Below, in pieces: positions 8,020-16,762 of a stretch of 64,000 nt of DNA. How positions within the stretch are numbered: position 1 is the first letter of the stretch; each line of letters opens with the position of its first letter. The position numbers and the translations under genes were made by a program. Under the pieces are notes generated by a model. It did not search any database. It worked only from the letters and a program-made list of their open reading frames with translations, and was not told where the DNA came from. This DNA comes from Bacillota bacterium (GTDB lineage Bacteria > Bacillota > Sulfobacillia > DUSP01 > DYEP01), in assembly GCA_040755615.1 (NCBI GenBank), contig JBFMAL010000010.1, positions 4,934 to 68,933 on the forward strand, written 5' to 3'.

Positions 8020-9430
8020 GAGCTACGAAGCGGTCATGAGCAGAAAGAACAAGATTATGATCGACGCCGTGGGGCTTGACTACACGCAGTTTGAGCGCGG
8101 GCCATTAGCATTTGATTACGAGGGTATGATGCGCTCAGCGGGCTATTCGATAGAGCGAGTAAAGCAGATCCAGGCGGAGACCTCCGTGGGAGACACCCCT
8201 TTGATCGAACTGCGCAACCTGGAAACGCTAGTGCGCAGGATGGCGCCGCCGGGCAAAGGCGCGAGAATACTGGTAAAGGACGAAGCCGCAAACCCCTCGG
8301 GGAGTTTCAAGGAGAGGCGCGCGGCGCTGTCGGTGTACCAGGCTGCAAAGCAAGGATACAAGGGCGTGATAGCTGCCACCAGCGGCAACTACGGCGCGGC
8401 AGTGGCCTCCCAGGCGGCCATGAGGGGCCTCAAATGTATAGTAGTCCAGGAAGTGTATGATAGCCGCGGCCTCGGACAGCCCGAGATTCTGGAGAAGGGC
8501 AGGCGATGCGAGGCGTACGGGGCTGAGGTACTGCAGCTCAGTGTGGGGCCTGAGCTGTTCTATGTATTCCTGCTCTTGCTTGAGGAAACGGGGTTCTTCA
8601 ACGCGTCGCTGTACACGCCGTTTGCCATCGCGGGCGTGGAGACGCTGGGGTACGAGGTGGGCAGGCAGGTGATGGAGCGCTACGGCAGGCAGCCCGATGC
8701 GGTGCTCATCACCCACGCGGGAGGCGGCAACGTCACGGGCACCGCCAGGGGCCTATTACAAGCTGGTTGCGATCGCACCAAGGTGGTGGGCGTTTCCGTG
8801 GACCTTTCGGGGCTTCACATGGCCTCTGACAGAGACTTTAACAGAAAATCGTTTACTACGGGTCACACCGGTTTCGGCGTGCCATTTGCGACCTGGCCCG
8901 ACAGGGCGGACGTGCCGAGAAACGCTGCCAGGCCCTTAAGGTATCTGGACCGGTACGTCACTGTTACCCAGGGCGAGGTGTTCTATGTGACGGAGCTGCT
9001 GGCCCAGCTCGAGGGACTCGAGCGCGGGCCCGCAGGCAACACGTCCCTGGCCGCTGCGCTGTCCATTGCTGCGGAGATGGACGAGGACCAGATCCTGGTG
9101 GTGCAGGAAACAGAGTACACCGGCGCAGGGAAGCACCCGACTGCCCAGCTCACGTTCGCCCGGCAGAACGGCATCACAGTACGGAGAGGCGACCCGGCGG
9201 AGAGCATACCGGGAGAACTCATCGTAATACCAGAGGGCCCGCATCAGGTGAAGGCAAAGGACATTGACCTGAGCGCGCTTGCCCGCTCATACATAAGGAA
9301 TGCGCTGGAACGATCGGGCGTCAGACAACCCGATGAATTTGAAATCGAGTTTCTTGCAAAAGAGGTCAAAAGAGATCGTGAGTTCGTAAAAGGCGTGATA
9401 GATGAGGTAACAGGAGGAAGGGAAAAGTGA
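8012..9430 (+). CDS. ortB: 2-amino-4-ketopentanoate thiolase, beta subunit (PLP-dependent, tryptophan-synthase-beta fold)
   Basis: PLP-lysine motif NPSGSFKERRA and the glycine loop HAGGGN. The start is ATG 8012 (ATGAATAA overlap with the ortA stop); ATG 8003 is also possible. Confidence 0.85.
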   Translation: MNKSYEAVMSRKNKIMIDAVGLDYTQFERGPLAFDYEGMMRSAGYSIERVKQIQAETSVGDTPLIELRNLETLVRRMAPPGKGARILVKDEAANPSGSFKERRAALSVYQAAKQGYKGVIAATSGNYGAAVASQAAMRGLKCIVVQEVYDSRGLGQPEILEKGRRCEAYGAEVLQLSVGPELFYVFLLLLEETGFFNASLYTPFAIAGVETLGYEVGRQVMERYGRQPDAVLITHAGGGNVTGTARGLLQAGCDRTKVVGVSVDLSGLHMASDRDFNRKSFTTGHTGFGVPFATWPDRADVPRNAARPLRYLDRYVTVTQGEVFYVTELLAQLEGLERGPAGNTSLAAALSIAAEMDEDQILVVQETEYTGAGKHPTAQLTFARQNGITVRRGDPAESIPGELIVIPEGPHQVKAKDIDLSALARSYIRNALERSGVRQPDEFEIEFLAKEVKRDREFVKGVIDEVTGGREK

Positions 9431-9825
9431 TCCAACGACCTGACGACTTTGCGAAGCGGCGAGCCGCGCTTGCAGGTCTTACGGAGGAACAGCTCAAGGA
9501 GCGATTCTGGTCCGCTGCTTTTGAAGTGGTGGCTCCTTTAGTCGAACTCGCCCGGCAGCATACGTCTCCTTCCATCGAGCGCTCGGTACTTCTGCGGATG
9601 GGCTTTTCCAGTATTGAGGCGAAGACTATAGTAGAGCTGTGCGCCGAGAGAGGGCTGCTCGGCAAAGGGGCCGGGCATGTCGTGCTGAAATATGCGGAGG
9701 CCAGAGGGCTTTCCATCAGGGCAGCAGGCGAGGAGCTATGTTCGAAAAAGGGATGGGATACAGTGCAGGATCTGTTCCAGAAAGGGGGACTGGCGCTTGA
9801 CACTCCACCCAAACAAGAAGATTGA
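9427..9825 (+). CDS. oraS: D-ornithine 4,5-aminomutase, S subunit
   Basis: SPSIERSVLLRMGFSSIEAKTIV and GKGAGHVV segments are characteristic of OraS. The GTG start overlaps the ortB stop. Confidence 0.85.
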   Translation: MIQRPDDFAKRRAALAGLTEEQLKERFWSAAFEVVAPLVELARQHTSPSIERSVLLRMGFSSIEAKTIVELCAERGLLGKGAGHVVLKYAEARGLSIRAAGEELCSKKGWDTVQDLFQKGGLALDTPPKQED

Positions 9826-11998
9826 CATAGAGGAAGTGCTGGCAGATCTCGAGCACTACAGGCCAAGACGGAAAGGCTGGTGCTGGAGAGAGGCCGATGG
9901 GCGAAAAGAAGGCGCCTTCGAGTACAGGCAGGCGTCAAAAAGGCTGGAGAGCAGCATTCCCCTGCCTGCTGCCAGGCATTTTGGGGGCATTGATCCTCAA
10001 CCCGATTGCGTGATTACCACGGAGATTGCCTCCGGAAGGTTCGAAGACGATATAAGGCGGATGCGCATGGCCGCGTGGCACGGGGCGGACCACATCATGG
10101 TCATCCGAACCGCGGGTCAGAGCCACTACGACGGCCTGATCGAAGGAACGCCGGAAGGGGTGGGCGGGGTACCCATCTCCAGGAAGCAGCTTCGGGCAAC
10201 GCGGAAGGCGCTGGACATGATAGAGGACGAGGTGGGCAGGCCCATCAACTTCCACTCGTACGTAAGCGGGGTGGCCGGGCCCGAAATCGCCGTATTGTTT
10301 GCCGAGGAAGGCGTAAACGGAGCCCACCAGGATCCACAGTATAACGTGTTGTACAGGAACGTGAACATGCACCGGTCCTTTGTGGATGCGGCCGTCGCAA
10401 AGGCGATCATGGCGTCAGCAGGCATGCTGCAGATCGACGGTGCCCACAACGCCAACGCCACTGCCCGGGAGGCCTTCAAGGTGATGCCCGAGCTTATGGT
10501 ACAACACGCAATAAACTGCGCATTTTCCGAGTCAGTGGGCATGCAAAAAGACAGTATTTGCTTGAGCACTGTTCCGCCCACGGCTCCTCCGGCCCCTGCG
10601 TTGTGGCTCGATCTCCCGTACGCTGTAGCGCTCAGGAAGATGTTTGAAGGGTACCGTTTCAGAGCCCAGGAAAACACAAGGTACATAGAATCCGACGCAC
10701 GCGAGGCGACAGTCACCCACGTGCTCAACCTGCTTGTGTCCCGGCTTACCTCAGCCCACATCCAGAGTACGATCACTCCTGATGAGGGCAGAAACGTCCC
10801 CTGGCATTACAATAATGTCGCTGCCATACAGACAGCTAAACAAGCCTTGGTAGGGATGGACGGCCTGTCCGAATTGGTGAAGCTTGACGAAGATGGGCCT
10901 CTCGGCGAGAAGGTGCGTGAGCTGATGGAACGCGCGGTGCTGTTTATGGAAGAGATAAGGGATTCCGGAGGCTATTTCGAGGCCGTCTCCCGGGGGTTCT
11001 TTGTGGACTCTGGCTTTTACCCGGAGAGAAATGGTGATGGCATCGCCCGAGATCCGAAGGGGGGCGTGGGCCACGGCACCATCGTCCCGCGCGATGCAGA
11101 CTATCTTGCTCCTGTATGCCATCACTTCGGGCACAATGCCCTGCCCGCTGGCATTGAGCGCCCGTGCGACCTGATTGGGGGTTGTACTCTGTGTGACCCG
11201 TCCAAGATCGTTTACATAGATGAACTGGATGAACAGGATAACGTCAGGGCGCGGCTTGAGCCTTTCCGGGAGCACAAGCAGAAAGGGCTCATAAGACCAG
11301 AGGTCCAGTGGTACGGAGATGGTATGATATCGATGACAATGTTTCTGCCCGTGTCTGAAACGATGGCGGAGCATGCTGCGGTCGCCATAGCAGAGAGGCT
11401 CGGCCTTGGCGATCCCGAGGTGATACACAAGGCGGTAATGCACCCCGCTGAAGGTACCCTGATTGAACTGAAAGCTATGGTGCCATTTGACATAGACCCC
11501 GGGAGTATCAGAATACCGGAGAAGCCGAGGACGCTTTCGGAAGAGGAAATCAGGCAGGCCATCTCCAGACGCCCGATGCACGCTGTGGCCGCGACTGTGG
11601 GTGAAGACGAGCACTCGGTCGGCATGCGTGAGATCATAGATATAAAGCATGGAGGGCTCGAAAAGTTCGGTATCCGGGTTACTTACCTCGGCACATCGGT
11701 TCCGGTGGAAAAGCTGGTAGACGCGGCTATTGAAACAGACGCAGATGCCATACTGATAAGTACGATCATAACTCACGCAGACATCCACAGGAAGAACATG
11801 AAGAGACTGCATGAGCTTTGCGTGGAAAAAGGCATCCGGGACAGGCTTTTGCTCATCTCGGGAGGCACCCAGGTCACTTATGACATGGCCCGGGAGTGTG
11901 GAATGGACGCTGGGTTTGGAAGGGGCACAAGGGGCATCGACGTGGCGAGTTTCCTGGTCAGAGAGAGGGAATCCAGATCGTCCGGCCGGGGAGTGTGA
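9797..11998 (+). CDS. oraE: D-ornithine 4,5-aminomutase, E subunit (PLP and B12 binding)
   Basis: About 733 aa with a C-terminal B12-binding Rossmann domain (ATVGEDEHSVGMREI, ISTIITH). The likely start is TTG 9797, preceded by AAGGGGGA. ATG 9692 in the ORF track would overlap oraS by 134 nt. Confidence 0.85.
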   Translation: MTLHPNKKIDIEEVLADLEHYRPRRKGWCWREADGRKEGAFEYRQASKRLESSIPLPAARHFGGIDPQPDCVITTEIASGRFEDDIRRMRMAAWHGADHIMVIRTAGQSHYDGLIEGTPEGVGGVPISRKQLRATRKALDMIEDEVGRPINFHSYVSGVAGPEIAVLFAEEGVNGAHQDPQYNVLYRNVNMHRSFVDAAVAKAIMASAGMLQIDGAHNANATAREAFKVMPELMVQHAINCAFSESVGMQKDSICLSTVPPTAPPAPALWLDLPYAVALRKMFEGYRFRAQENTRYIESDAREATVTHVLNLLVSRLTSAHIQSTITPDEGRNVPWHYNNVAAIQTAKQALVGMDGLSELVKLDEDGPLGEKVRELMERAVLFMEEIRDSGGYFEAVSRGFFVDSGFYPERNGDGIARDPKGGVGHGTIVPRDADYLAPVCHHFGHNALPAGIERPCDLIGGCTLCDPSKIVYIDELDEQDNVRARLEPFREHKQKGLIRPEVQWYGDGMISMTMFLPVSETMAEHAAVAIAERLGLGDPEVIHKAVMHPAEGTLIELKAMVPFDIDPGSIRIPEKPRTLSEEEIRQAISRRPMHAVAATVGEDEHSVGMREIIDIKHGGLEKFGIRVTYLGTSVPVEKLVDAAIETDADAILISTIITHADIHRKNMKRLHELCVEKGIRDRLLLISGGTQVTYDMARECGMDAGFGRGTRGIDVASFLVRERESRSSGRGV

Positions 11999-12002
11999 CC
12001 GC

Positions 12003-13445
12003 ATGCATTTTGACCTTCTTGTTGCGGAAATAGGAAGCACTACCACAACGGTATCCGCGTTCCGCGGCATATATGGACAGCAGCCGGAGTTTGGCGGTCA
12101 GGGTATTGCTCCCACCACCGTGCTGCAAGGCGACGTGACTGAAGGGCTCATGGCCGCCATAGAGGATCTGCGTGGGCAGCTGGGCGAGGAAATTACGTAT
12201 GACAGTATGTTCGCCTCTTCCAGTGCGGCAGGTGGGCTGAAGATGACAGTTCACGGCCTGGTCTATGATATGACTGTGAAGGCGGCACGGGAAGCGGCTC
12301 TGGGAGCCGGAGCAGTACTCAGGTACGTGACTTCGGGGGTCATGGACGGGGATGACCTCTCCCGGATCCTTGAGATAAAGCCCAACATCATCCTGCTTGC
12401 CGGCGGGGTGGACTATGGCGAGAAAACCACTGTCATCGCCAACGCAAGAAGCATCAGTCAGCTTGATATCGACGCGCCGGTGATATACGCTGGGAATGTG
12501 GCTGCCGGCGAAACTGTCAGATCAATCCTTGAGTCTGCCGGTAAGAAGGTAATATGCGTTGAAAACGTCTACCCAAGGATCGATGATCTCAATATTGAAC
12601 CGACCAGACGCGCCATCCAGAAGGTGTTCGAAGAGCACATTGTGGTCGCACCGGGTATGGAACGGATCAGGGCGATGGTTGATGGCAGAATCATACCGAC
12701 ACCGGGAGCAGTGATGAACGCTGCGATCCTCCTGTATGAGCAACTGGGTGACCTCATGGTGGTTGACGTGGGTGGGGCCACGACGGACGTCCACTCCGTG
12801 ACGTCCGGGTCAGAGGAGATCTCAGAGATGCTGATATCTCCGGAGCCCCTCGCGAAAAGGACTGTCGAAGGAGACCTCGGCATATTCGTCAATGCACCTA
12901 ACGTGGTTTCGATCATAGGGGAGGATACGTTAAGGGCCGAACTTGGCGAGGATCCGGCGTCGCTCCTTGCGAGGCGCAGCGTGATTCCGGCGGATGAGAC
13001 CGAGCGTCGCTTTGTGGAGCGGCTTACCGAGGAGGCCGTGACGGTGGCGGTATCAAGGCATGCGGGCAAGCTGAAGCACCTTTACGGCCCTACCGGGCGC
13101 ATCACTGTAGCAGAGGGTAAGGATTTAAGCAGAATCAGGTGGATCATTGGCACCGGCGGCGCATTGACCCGGTTGCCGGGGGGGAAAAGGATACTCGAAG
13201 GTATTCCCTCTGAAAGGAGGGGCAAGGAGCTTTACCCTAAGGACGCCCGTGCGCTGATAGACACTGATTACATCATGGCAGCGGCAGGCACGTTGGGAGT
13301 TCGATTTCCTGACGCAGCGGCCAAACTAATGCTCAGCAGTCTTGGATTGGGGGGGACAGGAAATGAAAAATCCCCGCATAGAGATTTACACAGAACGCAT
13401 CACGCAAAACGCAAGAGTTGTGGTGGACCTGTGCTCGAAGCATAA
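12003..13445 (+). CDS. GlmL/MutL-family aminomutase accessory (reactivase-like) protein
   Basis: Actin-like ATPase N-terminus (DLLVAEIGSTTTTVSAF) and VVDVGGATTDVHSV. ATG 12003 lies just after the oraE stop. The last ~28 codons overlap orr. Confidence 0.8.
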   Translation: MHFDLLVAEIGSTTTTVSAFRGIYGQQPEFGGQGIAPTTVLQGDVTEGLMAAIEDLRGQLGEEITYDSMFASSSAAGGLKMTVHGLVYDMTVKAAREAALGAGAVLRYVTSGVMDGDDLSRILEIKPNIILLAGGVDYGEKTTVIANARSISQLDIDAPVIYAGNVAAGETVRSILESAGKKVICVENVYPRIDDLNIEPTRRAIQKVFEEHIVVAPGMERIRAMVDGRIIPTPGAVMNAAILLYEQLGDLMVVDVGGATTDVHSVTSGSEEISEMLISPEPLAKRTVEGDLGIFVNAPNVVSIIGEDTLRAELGEDPASLLARRSVIPADETERRFVERLTEEAVTVAVSRHAGKLKHLYGPTGRITVAEGKDLSRIRWIIGTGGALTRLPGGKRILEGIPSERRGKELYPKDARALIDTDYIMAAAGTLGVRFPDAAAKLMLSSLGLGGTGNEKSPHRDLHRTHHAKRKSCGGPVLEA

Positions 13446-14430
13446 AGTGACGGTGACGGGCGTAACGAAAGGTGCCTGCGCCCACCCGGATGTGGCCTGG
13501 GCGATGCTCGACGGAGGAGTGGCTGGACTGGCTGATTCCCGTGTGGCGAACCTGGCGCGGCTTCGAAAGGCGGGAATCAGAGCGGAGATGATGTTGTTGC
13601 GTATTCCCATGCCGAGCGAAACCAAGAGCGTGGTAGATGTGGCAGATATCAGTCTAAACTCGGAAATCTCCACCATCAGGAGTCTTGGGGAAGCGGCAAT
13701 CAAAAAAGGCGTTATCCATAAGGTCATACTTATGGTAGATACGGGAGACCTGCGAGAAGGCGTGTGGCCGGATGACGTCGTTCGGACATGTGCCGAGATC
13801 CGGAAGGTCCCCGGCGTCACGCTGGAAGGGATCGGCACAAACCTGGGATGCTACGGAGGAGTGATCCCGACCGAAACTAACCTGGGTCAGCTCGTTCATT
13901 TGAAGACACAGGTGGAAGAGGCGACGGGCAGGAGGCTGAGGCTGGTTTCCGCCGGGACGTCCGCCACATTCAACCTGCTTCAGGAGGGAAAACTCCCGGA
14001 AGGCATCAACCACTTCAGGGTCGGGGAAGCAATACTCCTTGGGACGGAAGCCGTGAGCGGCAGGGTGCTTCCGGGCGCCACTTCCGATTGTTTTCGACTT
14101 GTGGCTGAAGTGGTAGAAGTGAAGACCAAACCGTCTTTACCCATCGGGGAGGTGGGCTGGGACGCTTTCAGGACGGTACCCCGGTTTGTGGACAGGGGCA
14201 TCAGGAAACGGGCCATTTTGTCCATAGGAAGGCAGGATATCAGGCCTGAGGCCATGGAGCCGCTGCTTGCGGGGTGCGAAATACTGGGCGCATCTTCCGA
14301 CCATCTAATCGTGGATGTGACAGACTGCCCGACGGAAGTCCGCGTCGGAGATGAAATGCCCTTCAGAATTGGTTACGGTGCGTTGCTTCAGGCCATGACC
14401 TCGGAGTATGTTGAGAAAGTTGTATTATGA
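13363..14430 (+). CDS. orr: Ornithine racemase (alanine-racemase-fold PLP enzyme)
   Basis: The GVTKG PLP-lysine context and its position at the end of the ora genes. ATG 13363 follows a GGGGGA RBS. Confidence 0.8.
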   Translation: MKNPRIEIYTERITQNARVVVDLCSKHKVTVTGVTKGACAHPDVAWAMLDGGVAGLADSRVANLARLRKAGIRAEMMLLRIPMPSETKSVVDVADISLNSEISTIRSLGEAAIKKGVIHKVILMVDTGDLREGVWPDDVVRTCAEIRKVPGVTLEGIGTNLGCYGGVIPTETNLGQLVHLKTQVEEATGRRLRLVSAGTSATFNLLQEGKLPEGINHFRVGEAILLGTEAVSGRVLPGATSDCFRLVAEVVEVKTKPSLPIGEVGWDAFRTVPRFVDRGIRKRAILSIGRQDIRPEAMEPLLAGCEILGASSDHLIVDVTDCPTEVRVGDEMPFRIGYGALLQAMTSEYVEKVVL

Positions 14431-14442
14431 GGTGGTGCAGGA

Positions 14443-15756
14443 ATGAGGGGCGTCGTTTTCGCCGGCCTTTGCCCCCACCCTCCGATTATGATACCGGAAA
14501 TCGGAGGTGCGGAGGTGAAGAAGGTATCAAAGACCGTAGAAGCCATGGAATATTTGGCACAGTCGGTTTTCCGCCTGGCACCTGGTGTCATACTGATGGT
14601 TTCGCCACACGCCAGGATCGGGATGGATGAGATGACCTTATTGGACACCTCCTCAGTTAGTGGCGATCTGGGCCGCTTCGGCCGACCGGATGTAACGATA
14701 GAACGTCCTGTTTGCAGGGATACTCTGGACCTTGTGGAGGAGGCGGCCAGGGCAGCGGGGATCGGAGTCGCCAGGGCGCCAAGAGGCGAAGGCGCGCTTG
14801 ATCACGGGTTCCTCGTCCCCCTTTATTTCCTCGATAAGGCAGGGGTAACCGCGCCCTTGGTATGCTTCTCCATGTCGCTTCTACCCCAAGAGAATCAAGT
14901 GCGCTTCGGGAGGCTTTTAGGTGAGGCATTGGACAGGCTGGATACCGGCTCCGCGTTTCTTGCATCAGGCGACCTGTCCCATCGGCTGACGAAGAATGCG
15001 CCGGCAGGATACAGCCCAAGAGGACGTGAGTTTGACACGTACATCGTGAGCGCGTTGGAGCGGACGGACCTTGATGCGCTCTTGAACATTGACCCGGGGC
15101 TCGTCGAGGCGGCTGGAGAATGTGGCCTGAGGCCTCTGTCCATGCTAGCAGGATTGTGCGCGGCAACGGGGCTCAATCTTGACCGCCTGAGCTACGAGGG
15201 CCCGTTCGGTGTAGGGTACGCAGTGGCTTCTTTCCAAAAAGGCGACCCGCTGGTGGCTTTGGCAAGAAGATCGCTTGAAACCTACATCAGGGACGGCCGC
15301 CGGGTGGCGCTGCCAAAGACCGGGATCCCCGATGCAAGAGCCGGTGTCTTCGTATCGCTCAAGGTCGGGGGCGAGCTGCGCGGCTGCATCGGGACGTTTG
15401 CGCCTACGCGTCCGAGTATTGCCGAGGAGATCAGGGAGATGGCCATCGCAGCGGGGACGCAGGACCCAAGGTTTCCCCCGGTCACCGCCAGCGAGCTGAG
15501 CACGCTTTCATACTCGGTGGACGTGCTTTCGCCTCCGGAAGCCATCAACGACGAGACCGCCCTGGACCCCAAGGTGTATGGGGTGATCGTGGAAAAAGGG
15601 CCGAAACGGGGGCTTCTGCTACCTGACCTTGAAGGTGTGGATACGGTCTCCGAACAGCTGTCCATCGCCAAACGCAAAGCCGGAATCAACCCATCTGACC
15701 GGGATGTACGCCTTTACAGGTTCAGGGTGGAGCGGCACAGGGAGGGAGCGCGATAA
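14443..15756 (+). CDS. Fusion protein: class III extradiol dioxygenase (LigB/Memo-superfamily) domain + AMMECR1 domain (AmmeMemoRadiSam system protein A-like)
   Basis: The N-terminal half shows GLCPHPPIMIPEIGG...ALDHGFLVPLYF...SGDLSHRL (LigB-type). The C-terminal half shows GVFVSLKVGGELRGCIGTF...PRFPP (AMMECR1). Confidence 0.8.
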   Translation: MRGVVFAGLCPHPPIMIPEIGGAEVKKVSKTVEAMEYLAQSVFRLAPGVILMVSPHARIGMDEMTLLDTSSVSGDLGRFGRPDVTIERPVCRDTLDLVEEAARAAGIGVARAPRGEGALDHGFLVPLYFLDKAGVTAPLVCFSMSLLPQENQVRFGRLLGEALDRLDTGSAFLASGDLSHRLTKNAPAGYSPRGREFDTYIVSALERTDLDALLNIDPGLVEAAGECGLRPLSMLAGLCAATGLNLDRLSYEGPFGVGYAVASFQKGDPLVALARRSLETYIRDGRRVALPKTGIPDARAGVFVSLKVGGELRGCIGTFAPTRPSIAEEIREMAIAAGTQDPRFPPVTASELSTLSYSVDVLSPPEAINDETALDPKVYGVIVEKGPKRGLLLPDLEGVDTVSEQLSIAKRKAGINPSDRDVRLYRFRVERHREGAR

Positions 15757-16757
15757 AAGAGGCACTTTACTGGGAAAAGCACAAGGAGGGCGTGCAGTGC
15801 AACCTCTGCCCTCAGGGCTGCTTCATAAGACCCGGCCGGACGGGTGTCTGTCGCGTCCGGAAAAACATCGACCAGACGCTTTATACCGTGAATTACGGGC
15901 AGGTTTCTTCCCTTGCAGTCGACCCGATTGAGAAGAAACCTCTGTACCACTTTTACCCTGGAACGACTATTCTGTCTGCAGGGACGATCGGCTGTAACCT
16001 GTCCTGCGGTTTTTGCCAGAACTGGCATATTTCACAGGCCGAAGCAGACACGCGCTACCTCTCACCGTCTGCCATGGTAGAGCTCGCACAAGAGCAGAGG
16101 AGAAAGAATCCGCGCATGATAGGTATCGCATATACCTACTCGGAGCCGCTCATGTGGTACGAGTGGGTGCTGGATGTCTCGAGGGAGGCAAAGGAGCGGG
16201 GGCTGCTTAATGTGCTGGTAACCAACGGCTACATCAGGCCTGAACCCCTTTCCGATCTGGCCCCGGAGATCGATGCGGCCAACGTTGATCTTAAGGCGTT
16301 CAGCGATGAATTCTATCGGCGAACGTGCGGTGGGCGGCTCGGACCGGTTATGGACACCATAGGACTACTAGTTAAGAAAGGAGTGCATGTGGAAGTCACG
16401 ACTCTGCTCATCGCTGGAGAGAACGATGGGGAGGAGGAAATTGCTGGAATCGCCAGGTGGCTGGCCGAGATTGATCCGGCCATCCCGTACCACATATCAA
16501 GGTATTTCCCCCATTACAAGTATACCAAGGCACCGACGCCTACCAAGACGTTGCTCAAGGCGTATGATATCGCCAGGGAGTACCTTTTTTACGTCTACCT
16601 TGGAAATATTGGGGGAGGACAGTGGTCGGATACACTCTGCCCGCGCTGCAAGAACACGGTGGTAGCCCGTTATCCCGCTCTCTCTATCCGCTTGGAACAG
16701 GGCAAATGCCCTGACTGCGGAGAACACATTCCAGTTAAATACCGATTGGGGGAATGA
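15753..16757 (+). CDS. AmmeMemoRadiSam-system radical SAM enzyme (PflA-like activase fold)
   Basis: GTIGCNLSCGFCQNW is the CxxxCxxC motif, and there is a C-terminal CPRC...CPDCG zinc ribbon. The ORF track starts at GTG 15792, but the in-frame upstream peptide IKEALYWEKHKEG looks like the family N-terminus. A proposed ATA start at 15753 follows GGAGGGAG, so the start is uncertain. Confidence 0.75.
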   Translation: MKEALYWEKHKEGVQCNLCPQGCFIRPGRTGVCRVRKNIDQTLYTVNYGQVSSLAVDPIEKKPLYHFYPGTTILSAGTIGCNLSCGFCQNWHISQAEADTRYLSPSAMVELAQEQRRKNPRMIGIAYTYSEPLMWYEWVLDVSREAKERGLLNVLVTNGYIRPEPLSDLAPEIDAANVDLKAFSDEFYRRTCGGRLGPVMDTIGLLVKKGVHVEVTTLLIAGENDGEEEIAGIARWLAEIDPAIPYHISRYFPHYKYTKAPTPTKTLLKAYDIAREYLFYVYLGNIGGGQWSDTLCPRCKNTVVARYPALSIRLEQGKCPDCGEHIPVKYRLGE

Positions 16758-16762
16758 TGTGA

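Noticed and set aside
9692-9796. The ATG at 9692 as the oraE start. Similar upstream ORF-track starts are 1807, 7594, 11811, 13342, 28621, 32382-33167, 35976, 50003 and 55161.
   Set aside because: These starts create long overlaps with upstream genes or N-terminal extensions absent from the protein families. Internal starts with proper RBSs fit better.
10751-12070. 439-aa minus-strand ORF. Other long antisense ORFs of the same kind are 18089-19123, 22431-23159, 38609-39391, 52956-53600, 6629-7264 and 47346-48044.
   Set aside because: Each lies opposite a gene with strong motif support (oraE, the P-loop paralogs, the ABC binding protein, gap/pgk, ord, the Na/Pi transporter). None shows a recognisable domain. 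They are shadow ORFs.
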